From: Nostoc sp. DedSLP01
GTDB taxonomy: Bacteria > Cyanobacteriota > Cyanobacteriia > Cyanobacteriales > Nostocaceae
DNA: 61,894 nucleotides
Direction: 5' to 3'
Assembly (NCBI GenBank): GCA_034530875.2
Contig: JAVRCJ020000028.1
Span: 36,836-98,729, forward strand
Below the pieces are notes generated by a model. The model was not told the origin of the DNA. It saw only the letters and a program-made list of their open reading frames with translations, and did not search any database. The translations under genes were made by a program, and so were the position numbers. The stretch's first letter is position 1. Each line of letters begins with the position of its first letter. Below, piece after piece: positions 9,640-18,312 of this stretch.

Positions 9640-10060
9640 CAAATCAAAAGGTTCCGATTCCGGTTTAGCACCGTTGTTACTGACGGTTGTCGAACTGATA
9701 CGCCAACTCATGGAAGCTCAGGTGATTCGGCGTATGGATGCTGGCAACCTCAGCGACTCTGAGTTAGATCGGGCAGCCGAAAGCCTGCGACAGCTAGAAC
9801 AACAGGTTGTTAAGCTTTGCGAGGTGTTTGATATTGACCCAAGCGATTTGAATATCAACTTGGGTGAAATAGGAACTTTACTTCCCCAATCTGGAGGATA
9901 CTACCCTGGCGAAACCTCTAGTCAACCCTCTATTCTAGAACTCCTCGATCGCCTATTAAATACAGGTGTGGTGGTTGAAGGTGACTTAGACTTAGGGCTG
10001 GCTCAGTTGAACTTAGTTCATGCCAAGTTAAGACTAGTACTCACTTCTAAACCCCTGTAA
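9626..10060 (+). CDS. gvpK: Gas vesicle protein GvpK
   Basis: GLAPLLLTVVELIRQLMEAQVIRRM...DLNINLG, plus a GvpA-like C-terminal half (LELLDRLLNTGVVV). Confidence 0.92.
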   Translation: MQAISKSKGSDSGLAPLLLTVVELIRQLMEAQVIRRMDAGNLSDSELDRAAESLRQLEQQVVKLCEVFDIDPSDLNINLGEIGTLLPQSGGYYPGETSSQPSILELLDRLLNTGVVVEGDLDLGLAQLNLVHAKLRLVLTSKPL

Positions 10061-10198
10061 TACCAATTTTGGATTTTAGATTTTGGATTTTGGATTAAAA
10101 GCCTTTGCTAGGAAGGTGTTCCAAGAATTTCAAACAATACTTGCTATCCCATTTTGGTGTAACTTTTTTATCTACATTCTTCTTGGTAATACATTGTT

Positions 10199-10969
10199 AT
10201 GAGTTATGGCTTTTACATTTACGGAATTTTGACCTTGCCTGCTCCGCAAGATTTAAATTTAGAGGGGTTAGATCGGCAAGCCGTACAAATAAAAATTTTA
10301 GATGGTTTTGCAGTAATTTACTCCGAAGCACAGCAAGAGCGTTATTTAGCAAGCCGTCGTAACCTGCTAAGTCATGAAAAAGTCCTTGAGGAAATCATGC
10401 AAGCAGGCGATGTCTACGACGGGCTACGCCAACGCAATTTACTCCCCGTGCAATTTGGACTTTTGGTTTCTAGCTGGGAAACGTTTTCACAACAATTAAT
10501 TCGTCCTCATCAAGAAGAATTGACGCAGTTGCTAGCAAAGTTATCGGGTCGCCGAGAAGTTAGCGTCAAAGTTTTTTGGGATACCGAGGCAGAAATTCAG
10601 GGATTGTTAGCAGAAAATCCAGATATCAAAACTGAAAGGGATAAGCTAGCGGGTCAACCTCTGAATATGGAGCAGGTAATCCAAATAGGACAAGCCATCG
10701 AACAGGGAATGAGCGATCGCAAACAAGACATCATAAATTTATTTCAAGGCACGCTTAACTCCATTGCGATCGATGTAGTGGAAAATAATCCCCAAATGGA
10801 CACAATGATTTACAACGCAGCTTACCTAATTCCTTGGGAAGCAGAATCACAATTTAGCGAACAGGTTGAAGCACTCGATCGCCAATTTGAAGAACGTTTG
10901 CGAATTCGCTACAACAACTTCACTGCCCCCTTTAACTTTGCTCGTCTGCGATTATTCAGTTCCAACTAA
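10199..10969 (+). CDS. gvpF: GvpL/GvpF family gas vesicle protein
   Basis: YIYGIL, RRNLLSHEKVLEEIM, LLPVQFG, EVSVKVFW, YNNFTAPFNF. Confidence 0.88.
   Translation: MSYGFYIYGILTLPAPQDLNLEGLDRQAVQIKILDGFAVIYSEAQQERYLASRRNLLSHEKVLEEIMQAGDVYDGLRQRNLLPVQFGLLVSSWETFSQQLIRPHQEELTQLLAKLSGRREVSVKVFWDTEAEIQGLLAENPDIKTERDKLAGQPLNMEQVIQIGQAIEQGMSDRKQDIINLFQGTLNSIAIDVVENNPQMDTMIYNAAYLIPWEAESQFSEQVEALDRQFEERLRIRYNNFTAPFNFARLRLFSSN
10407..10435. mobile_element. 21-nt SDR5-type small dispersed repeat inserted in a HIP1 site inside gvpF
   Basis: GCGAT + GTCTACGACGGGCTACGCCAA (21 nt) + CGC; related copies at 42839-42867 and 56216-56245. Confidence 0.75.
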
Positions 10970-10999
10970 ACAGCAATAAAATTGAAAATCAAAAATTAT

Positions 11000-11167
11000 T
11001 AGACCTCTTGCATCAATCACATTATGACTACTAAACAGTTTATTTCTCTGTAACTCTCCGCGCCTCTAAGCGTGCCACTTGCTTCAAGTCGGGAAACCCG
11101 CCCAACGCAGTGGCTTCTCTGCGTGAGATAAAAAATTCTTGTTTTTAACATTCGTGCAAGAAGCCTA
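11000..11167. repeat. MITE-like element with TAGACCTCTTGCA / TGCAAGAAG(T/C)CTA termini (copy 1 of 3)
   Basis: Same imperfect 13-bp terminal inverted repeat at 11000-11167, 18038-18263 and 29600-29724, with different interiors. Confidence 0.65.
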
Positions 11168-11209
11168 TTGAAATTAAATCTTTCTCTATCTTTTATTTAA
11201 CTAAAATCA

Positions 11210-13033
11210 ATGGACGACATATTTAAAGGATTTGAACAGCTATTAGAAATTGCCAAAGCATTAGAAGAAAAAGCAGAAAAAGGCGAGTTAAAAACTTCTA
11301 TTCAAATTCGCTCTCATAATCTCAGTAGTATTCCCCGACAAGGCAATATTCCGAGAACAAGTAATTCCAGCCGAGTCCGATCCAATTCCAACGATGCAGC
11401 TACACCAACGGATGATGCTGAGGTCACTCCCCCATCAGCCCGGACAAACTCAAAAACTTCCTGGCAAGATGTCGGCGGCTTAGGTGATGTTCTCAAAGAA
11501 ATCAGAGAGTTAGTTGAAATTCCCCTGAAACGTCCAGATTTATTGGCGAAATTAGGGTTAGAGCCTCCGCGTGGGGTTTTGCTAGTCGGCCCGCCAGGTA
11601 CGGGAAAAACTTTAACAGCCCGTGTTTTGGCAGAAGAGTTAGAGTTAAACTACATTGCCATCAATGGCCCAGAGGTGATGAGCAAGTATTACGGGGAAGC
11701 AGAAGCTCGTTTACGAAGCATTTTTGAGAAAGCAACTCGTTCTGCTCCCTGTCTAATATTTATTGATGAAATTGACAGCCTTGCCCCAGATCGCAGTCAA
11801 GTAGAAGGTGAAGTTGAAAAAAGACTAGTGGCGCAGTTGCTTGGGTTAATGGATGGGTTTGCCAAAACCGAAGGCGTACTCGTACTAGCAGCAACAAACC
11901 GTCCCGATTATCTCGATCCGGCACTGCGTCGTCCGGGACGCTTCGATCGCGAAGTTCATTTTCGCGTTCCCGATCGCAATGGAAGATTGGAAATTCTCAC
12001 GATTTTAACAAGTGCCATGCCCTTGGAAACTGCGGTTGATTTAGGAGCGATCGCCGATTTGGCCGTTGGTTTTGTCGGTGCGGATATCAAAGCACTTTGT
12101 CAAAAAGCAGCCTACATTGCCCTTCGTCGTCAAGTCCCCTCACTCAACAGTCCCATTCCTGAGAACATGGCTGTCATGCAGCAGGATTTTCTCGAAGCAA
12201 TTAAGGAGATAAAACCCTCAGTTCTCAGGTCTGTAGCAGTTGAAGCGCCGAGTGTCAGTTGGGATGACATTGGTGGTTTGGATGATGTGAAACAAAAACT
12301 TCAAGAATCTGTAGAGGGCGCACTTCTCTATCCCGAACTATACGAACAAACCAAAGCCCAGCCTCCCCGTGGGATTCTGTTGTGGGGGCCGCCGGGAACG
12401 GGAAAAACCTTACTGGCAAAAGCGATCGCTTCTCAGGCTAGAGCGAACTTTATTGCTGTGAATGGCCCGGAATTACTCAGCCGATGGGTAGGAGCCGCAG
12501 AACAAGCAGTCAGAGAACTCTTTAGCAAAGCTCGGCAAGCAGCGCCTTGCGTTGTGTTTGTAGATGAAATCGATACCTTAGCACCAGCACGGGGAAGATT
12601 CAGTGGTGATTCTGGAGTTAGCGATCGCGTTGTCGGTCAACTGCTCACCGAATTGGATGGGTTGCATGAATGCCCAAAAGTACTGTTAGTAGGAGCAACC
12701 AATCGTCCAGAAACCCTCGATCCTGCCTTGCTCAGAGCCGGAAGATTGGACTTACAAATCAAAATCGATTTGCCAGATAGAGCCAGCCGATTAGCGATTT
12801 TACGAGTTCACAATCTAGATCGCCCCCTGGTTGATGTCGATTTAGAAACCTGGGCGACAGTTACCGAAGGTTGGAATGGCGCAGACTTGGCTTTGTTGAG
12901 CAATCAAGCTGCTTTAAGCGCGATTCGTCGATATCGCGCTCAAGGATTAAGCGACTCCAGCTTGATTCAGATAACAAATGATGATTTTCAAGTTACATAT
13001 CAGATGCTTGCTAATCAGCACCAATCTGAATAG
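11210..13033 (+). CDS. CDC48/p97-like double AAA+ ATPase (short non-canonical N-terminus)
   Basis: Two AAA modules: [13 protein letters not shown]...IFIDEID...RRPGRFDRE and [13 protein letters not shown]...VFVDEID...LLRAGRLD. Confidence 0.92.
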   Translation: MDDIFKGFEQLLEIAKALEEKAEKGELKTSIQIRSHNLSSIPRQGNIPRTSNSSRVRSNSNDAATPTDDAEVTPPSARTNSKTSWQDVGGLGDVLKEIRELVEIPLKRPDLLAKLGLEPPRGVLLVGPPGTGKTLTARVLAEELELNYIAINGPEVMSKYYGEAEARLRSIFEKATRSAPCLIFIDEIDSLAPDRSQVEGEVEKRLVAQLLGLMDGFAKTEGVLVLAATNRPDYLDPALRRPGRFDREVHFRVPDRNGRLEILTILTSAMPLETAVDLGAIADLAVGFVGADIKALCQKAAYIALRRQVPSLNSPIPENMAVMQQDFLEAIKEIKPSVLRSVAVEAPSVSWDDIGGLDDVKQKLQESVEGALLYPELYEQTKAQPPRGILLWGPPGTGKTLLAKAIASQARANFIAVNGPELLSRWVGAAEQAVRELFSKARQAAPCVVFVDEIDTLAPARGRFSGDSGVSDRVVGQLLTELDGLHECPKVLLVGATNRPETLDPALLRAGRLDLQIKIDLPDRASRLAILRVHNLDRPLVDVDLETWATVTEGWNGADLALLSNQAALSAIRRYRAQGLSDSSLIQITNDDFQVTYQMLANQHQSE

Positions 13034-13262
13034 AGGCAGAAGTTCACAGCCAAAGCTACTTAGGTAAAACGCTTAATACATTGCTTTCTAAATTAGGCAA
13101 ACCTCTGCGTACCTCTGCGCATTCCTTCGCGCCCCTCTGCGTTAAAAAACATTATTTTTGTACCTCATTTAACAGCGAATCGCTATAAACAGAACAACTA
13201 AAACCCTCTTCCCTCCTGCCCTCTGCCTTGTCTCAACGATCGACATTCACAGCAACCTACTT

Positions 13263-13952
13263 ATGTCAATATACGCCTATGCTCTTCTAGTACCGATCGC
13301 CTCACCGCTTGTTCTACCTGTAGGGATGGAAAGGAATACCGAACTTGTTTACTCTTCTGGTTTAGCCGCGATCGTAGAGCCGGAAATCTCACTGGAAGCA
13401 TTACAAGCAACAGATGAGCGTTTACTTCAATCTGTGTTAACCCACGATCGCGTAATTCGAGAACTTTTTCAACAAACTCCCCTTCTCCCCCTACGCTTTG
13501 GCAGCGGTTTTAACTCTCAAGAAACACTGTTTAATCATCTAGAAAAGCACCAACAGCAATATCTACAAACCCTAACCCAGCTAAGAGACAAAGTTGAGTA
13601 CACTTTAAAAGCTACACCCTGTAATTTGCTTGACGACTCTGACACTATTGATGCTAGGGGAAAAGCCTATTTATTAGCTAAAAAACAACGCTACCAAACA
13701 CAGCAAGCATTTCAAGCACAACAATCCGAACAGTGGGAACTCCTGAACCAGTTAATTCTCAAAACATATACAAATGTTACCTGTGAAACTCGACAGCCAG
13801 ATGTGCGACAAATCCACTTTTTAGCACAGCGCAACAATTCAACGGTCAGTACGCAGCAATTTTCTCTTTGGCAAGTACAATCCTCGCATTGGCAATTAGC
13901 ACTGAGCGAACCTCTGCCGCCGTATCATTTTCTCCAAAATACTCTCATATAA
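13263..13952 (+). CDS. GvpL/GvpF/GvpW-like gas vesicle protein
   Basis: IYAYALL, LTHDRVIRELFQQTPLLPLRFG, GKAYLLAKKQRY, C-terminal EPLPPYHF. Confidence 0.8.
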   Translation: MSIYAYALLVPIASPLVLPVGMERNTELVYSSGLAAIVEPEISLEALQATDERLLQSVLTHDRVIRELFQQTPLLPLRFGSGFNSQETLFNHLEKHQQQYLQTLTQLRDKVEYTLKATPCNLLDDSDTIDARGKAYLLAKKQRYQTQQAFQAQQSEQWELLNQLILKTYTNVTCETRQPDVRQIHFLAQRNNSTVSTQQFSLWQVQSSHWQLALSEPLPPYHFLQNTLI

Positions 13953-14087
13953 ATTCATAAAAAATAATATTTAAAGCTTGTCAAGAAAAATCAAGACGAG
14001 ATGATTTTTTCTTTTATTTTTGTTGTCTAAAAAATATTGTTAACTTTTTAGTATTTTTTTATTTTCTTTTATTTATCTTATGTTTTT

Positions 14088-14096
14088 GGGAACACT
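14088..14096 (+). promoter_or_regulatory. Candidate SigJ-type (J-box) -10 element upstream of gvpA
   Basis: GGGAACACT, one mismatch to the recalled GGGAATACT hormogonium SigJ consensus, after a long AT-rich tract, about 100 bp before gvpA. Confidence 0.45.
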
Positions 14097-14192
14097 AAAT
14101 CCAGGAAGAATAAAACACATTGTGTAAGTTTTACCTACTGCTCGATCCGAGCAAGATGAAAACAATAATTAGAGTTGTGAGAGGAAAAGAAA

Positions 14193-14414
14193 ATGGCTGT
14201 TGAAAAAGTTAACTCATCTTCAAGTCTGGCTGAAGTTATTGACCGCATTTTAGACAAAGGAATTGTAGTTGATGCTTGGGTACGTGTTTCTTTAGTTGGT
14301 ATTGAATTGCTAGCAGTTGAAGCTCGGATTGTGATTGCTTCAGTTGAAACTTACTTAAGATATGCCGAAGCAGTTGGTTTAACATCTCAGGCTGCTGTTC
14401 CGGCTGCTGCTTAA
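14193..14414 (+). CDS. gvpA: Major gas vesicle structural protein GvpA
   Basis: [71 protein letters not shown]. Confidence 0.98.
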   Translation: MAVEKVNSSSSLAEVIDRILDKGIVVDAWVRVSLVGIELLAVEARIVIASVETYLRYAEAVGLTSQAAVPAAA

Positions 14415-14418
14415 CACC

Positions 14419-14460
14419 ACATTAAAAAGGGAGTCTTCATTCATGACTCCCATTTAATGT
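14419..14460 (+). terminator. Stem-loop between gvpA and the gvpC-like gene
   Basis: ACATTAAA-AA-GGGAGTC-loop-GACTCCC-A-TTTAATGT inverted repeat directly after the gvpA stop. Confidence 0.7.
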
Positions 14461-14491
14461 TTCTAGTTAACAAAATAGGAGATTTCAGCTG

Positions 14492-15172
14492 ATGGCTCTC
14501 AAGAATTCATGGGAAAAAGAGCGACAAGAGCGATTGCAAATAACCGCTGAACGCCGTCAACAAGTTAACCAATGGAAACAACTAACTCAACAAGAATTGC
14601 AGCTGCAAGCAGATTTGCTTCATCAAGAATTGAGCAGTTCTGTTACTAGCCTTCATAACAATAGAAAGTTACAACAGCAGCAATTTCAGCAAGAGATTGT
14701 AGAACGGCAATTAGAAATATTGCAAATAAAAACAGATGTCTGCCAACGCCAGCAAGAATACCGCCAACAGCGGGCAGCAAAGGCTCAGGCATTGTTCCAA
14801 GATTTGCAAAATTTCCGGGAAATTTTACATAAAAATGTTTGGGGCAATCGCACTCGCGAACAACCAGTTTCCCCGCCTCCTGCTAAAACAGAAAAATTAG
14901 TGGCAACGGTTCCAAAATGGTCAATATCTCGTTCTGGAATTAAAGCCACTGGTTTTCGTCCTCCCGTCAATACCATGACTAGAAAAATGCCTGCGTTGAA
15001 TGCAGATACTAAATCTAAAGTGCAGCAATACATTCAGCAATCAGAAGGAGCTACTCTAACAGAAATTGAAGATGTAATAGGCTTAACCAGGGTGCAAACA
15101 ATAGATATCCTGCGCTCCTTAATCAAGCAAGGGATACTAGAACAACGCGATCGCCAATACTTTATTCGGTAA
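14492..15172 (+). CDS. gvpC: GvpC-like Q/E/R-rich helical protein with C-terminal winged helix
   Basis: Follows gvpA; N-terminal LKNSWEKERQER..ERRQQV helical Gln-rich segment, Pro-rich linker, HTH-like C-terminus. Canonical 33-aa repeats are not obvious, so the symbol is tentative. Confidence 0.6.
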   Translation: MALKNSWEKERQERLQITAERRQQVNQWKQLTQQELQLQADLLHQELSSSVTSLHNNRKLQQQQFQQEIVERQLEILQIKTDVCQRQQEYRQQRAAKAQALFQDLQNFREILHKNVWGNRTREQPVSPPPAKTEKLVATVPKWSISRSGIKATGFRPPVNTMTRKMPALNADTKSKVQQYIQQSEGATLTEIEDVIGLTRVQTIDILRSLIKQGILEQRDRQYFIR

Positions 15173-15617
15173 CAAGCAATTTCTTGACAAACTGGATTCA
15201 AGCTCATTTTTTGTAATTGCAGACTAGCGGTTAGGCCATCGCTTGTGGCTTTTGCCTTAAGCAGGCATAGTACGCAATCGATAAGCATTAAAGCTGGTCT
15301 ATGCTTTGTAATATTCAACATTTCCATCTTTTTAAGGTCTGTATTGACAAGCAATTGTCTCAGTACATGTAACATTGCAAAAGTAATATAGATAACTTTT
15401 TTCTAATTAAAAAAAAGAGCTTAAATCTTTGTTCGAGCTTCCGGCTTTGAACTTTAAAAATGTCTGGATTGGAAAGGAATATAACAAGCTGGGGTAGCTC
15501 AATTGAAGTTTTGAAATTTGCTATTGGCGATCGCAGGATGAGGTTAGTAAGCTTGATTGTTTGAGGAATTTTAATCTAAATGCAAAACTCAAGATATATA
15601 AGGAGGTGCGATCCATT

Positions 15618-17027
15618 GTGTATCAATTGATCGAGCAACTTCAAACTAAATTATTCACAGGCAGGCTGAATCTTGAGGCAAGGGACGGGCCGACTTGGAC
15701 GCTATATTTTCGTTTAGGACGATTAATTTGGCAGGGTGGCGGTTCTAATGCCGATGAGCGATGGCGACGGCACTTGTCGCAATACTGTTCTAATCTGGAT
15801 GTGACAAAGTTGCAGGGGCTTGTCTCTCCCCAGGAAAGTTATCGCGAGTATTGCATTCTTGGTAAATTGCGAGAACAAAAATTAATCGAACAACAGCAAC
15901 TTGTTAGCCTGATTACAAGCTTAATAGCTGAAGTCCTGTTTGATATAATGCAGTACATTGAAGCCAAAAGAAATAGCAACAATCCAGCAGGGCTGTTGTC
16001 ACCTAGTACCGTTGTTGGTGCAGTTCCTGGCTTTCTCCTAGCTGTAATACCAACTGAGGAAGTCTTGAAACAGGCTACACAAGCTTGGCAAGAATGGCGA
16101 GATGCAGGATTGGCAAGTTACTCGCCTAATTTATATCCTGTCATTGACAAACTTGAGCTACTCCAAGGACAAGCATCCTCTAAACAGATTATTGCTCTAG
16201 TTGATGGCACAAAAACTTTACGAGGTCTAGGGCAAAAAACCAATCGGGATGTCTTAGCTTTGACTCGGTTCTTGATGCCATTAATAAAAGCAGGGGCGAT
16301 CGCTTTTTCACCCACCCCAAGCCCCAGAAAGGTTGGGATTAGTCAAGAAACTGGCAACCCACCCAGTGCAGTTAATAATCCCAATTCTTCACCCAAGACA
16401 GAAGAAAACACTGTTATACAAGTTGCACCCCCGGCGACTAGCAAACAAATTGTCAGTCCGTCCAATCCAGTTAATAATCCCAATTCTTCACCGAACAGAG
16501 AAGAGAACACTGTTATACAAGTTGCAACCCCAACGACTAACAAACAAATTGTCAGTCCGTCTAGTACAGTTAATAATCTCAATTCTTCACGGAACACAGA
16601 AGAGAACACTGTTATACAAACTGCCCCTCCAGCAGCTAGCAAAGCAATTATTGATGCCTCAAGACCTTTAGTAGCCTGTGTAGATGATAGCCCAGTAATC
16701 TGCCGCAGTTTAGAGGAAATTCTCAGCCAACAAGGTTACCGCTTTGTTGGCATTCAAGATTCCTTGACAGCAGTTTTAAAGCTAATTAAAAGCAAGCCCG
16801 ACTTCATTTTTTTGGATCTTTTGATGCCAAAAGTGAATGGCTATGAAATTTGTTCTCAAATTCGTAAAACTCCAAGCCTTAAAGATGTGCCAGTCGTCAT
16901 CTTAACCGGGAAAGATGGAATAGTAGATCGGATGCGAACAAAATTAGTCGGGGCAACTGACTTTTTGGGTAAACCCGTAGAGGCAGAAAAAGTACTTAAT
17001 ATGCTGCACAAGTATTTAAGCGTTTAG
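15618..17027 (+). CDS. PatA-family response regulator (PATAN domain, repeat linker, receiver), PtxA-like
   Basis: Likely GTG start at 15618 after AAGGAGGT; WTLYFRLGRLIW PATAN motif; C-terminal receiver VACVDDS..DLLMPKVNG..FLGKP. Confidence 0.9.
   Translation: MYQLIEQLQTKLFTGRLNLEARDGPTWTLYFRLGRLIWQGGGSNADERWRRHLSQYCSNLDVTKLQGLVSPQESYREYCILGKLREQKLIEQQQLVSLITSLIAEVLFDIMQYIEAKRNSNNPAGLLSPSTVVGAVPGFLLAVIPTEEVLKQATQAWQEWRDAGLASYSPNLYPVIDKLELLQGQASSKQIIALVDGTKTLRGLGQKTNRDVLALTRFLMPLIKAGAIAFSPTPSPRKVGISQETGNPPSAVNNPNSSPKTEENTVIQVAPPATSKQIVSPSNPVNNPNSSPNREENTVIQVATPTTNKQIVSPSSTVNNLNSSRNTEENTVIQTAPPAASKAIIDASRPLVACVDDSPVICRSLEEILSQQGYRFVGIQDSLTAVLKLIKSKPDFIFLDLLMPKVNGYEICSQIRKTPSLKDVPVVILTGKDGIVDRMRTKLVGATDFLGKPVEAEKVLNMLHKYLSV
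16371..16640 (+). repeat. About three tandem 99-bp (33-aa) repeats in the PatA-like linker
   Basis: GTTAATAATC(C/T)CAATTCTTCAC recurs at 16371, 16470 and 16569 (VNNPNSSP..EENTVIQ). Confidence 0.9.
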
Positions 17028-17138
17028 GTTAATTTCAATCTCTTTTTCTGTGCCTAGAGCGTCTGGGCGTGAGACAAAAAAAGGTTTCCTGCCTTCTGCC
17101 TTATTTTCAAATTCTCAATTAAATAGTTAGGAATAAAA

Positions 17139-17501
17139 ATGAAAAAAGTTCTATTAGTTGAAGATAGCCTTACAGAATCCGAAAAGATGACACGTTACCT
17201 GGAGCAAGGAGGATATTCAGTTTATGAAGTTCGCAGTGGTGAAGAAGCTCAACTGCGGTTGAAACAACAAAAACCTGACTTGATTCTACTGGATTTGATT
17301 TTGCCAGGCCAAAGTGGATTTGAGTTCTGCCGCAAGTTGAAAGCCGATCCGATAACAAAAGCAATCCCGGTAGTGATTTGCTCAACTAAAAACACAGATG
17401 TTGATAGAACTTGGGGCAATATGAGTGGTGCCGATGCCTATTTAGTCAAACCTGTAGATGAAAATACCTTGCTCCAGACTGTTAGTAAATTTATTCGCTA
17501 A
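17139..17501 (+). CDS. CheY-like single-domain response regulator
   Basis: VLLVEDS, LILLDLILP, ICSTK, YLVKP. Confidence 0.93.
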   Translation: MKKVLLVEDSLTESEKMTRYLEQGGYSVYEVRSGEEAQLRLKQQKPDLILLDLILPGQSGFEFCRKLKADPITKAIPVVICSTKNTDVDRTWGNMSGADAYLVKPVDENTLLQTVSKFIR

Positions 17502-17515
17502 AGGAAACTGGGGCA

Positions 17516-18034
17516 ATGGTACAGGCCAACGATCGCTTTTCTTCACTACCCATTCTGGAAAACTCCCCCCAAGGAAACAACCAGAGGTTTTTAAGATTTC
17601 CGTTAAATGGAAAGGTAAATGGGTTACTCCCACTAGCTGATTTGCGGGGAGTAATTCAAGTTGCACTTACAGAGATTTTACCAGTACCGCAGGCCGCAGA
17701 ATTCTTGTTAGGCATCATGAATTGGCGGGGAGAAGCTATCTGGATTCTCGATCTAGCAGGTTTACTGGGAGCAACACATTGGTGTCGGCGAGACAATATA
17801 CGCAACTCTGGCATGGCGATGCTGGTTCAAGTCCAGAATCAAACTGTCGGGTTGTTGGTGGAGCAAGTCAATACCATTGAAGTTTACGATTCCCAAGAAC
17901 GGTTAGCGATTTCGGCATCGATGTTACCCGCCCGACTCAAATCTTTCTTACAGGGTTACTTTATGGATGCTCAAGGTAGCCCTTTGATGTTAGTTGACAC
18001 CCATGCTGTGATTCAAGCCCTTCAGTCTCTTTAA
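17516..18034 (+). CDS. CheW-like coupling protein
   Basis: ILPVPQAAEFLLGIMNWRGEAIWILDL, VGLLVEQV. Confidence 0.92.
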   Translation: MVQANDRFSSLPILENSPQGNNQRFLRFPLNGKVNGLLPLADLRGVIQVALTEILPVPQAAEFLLGIMNWRGEAIWILDLAGLLGATHWCRRDNIRNSGMAMLVQVQNQTVGLLVEQVNTIEVYDSQERLAISASMLPARLKSFLQGYFMDAQGSPLMLVDTHAVIQALQSL

Positions 18035-18037
18035 CAC

Positions 18038-18263
18038 TAGACCTCTTGCAAAAATAGTTTTGCACTCTTGGAGGGAAAGGGTAAAGGAAAAAGGGCAAGG
18101 GGGAAAGGGGAAGGGGAAAAGGTAAAAACCGAACTTCGTCCCGCTGCGCTAACGCCCCGCACTTCGGGCCGCTACGCTAACGTGGGCGACTTGTTCATTC
18201 GTTTTCCCTTTTCCCTTTAACCTTTATCCCCTTACCCTTTTCCCGACTTCTACAAGAAGTCTA
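18038..18263. repeat. MITE-like element copy 2, containing purine-rich/pyrimidine-rich heptamer arms
   Basis: TAGACCTCTTGCA ... TACAAGAAGTCTA termini around (AAAGGGG)n / (CCCTTTT)n arms. Confidence 0.65.
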
Positions 18264-18312
18264 CTCTGCATTCTACTTATTAACTCCGACAACTTTAATA
18301 GCAAGAAAGATT

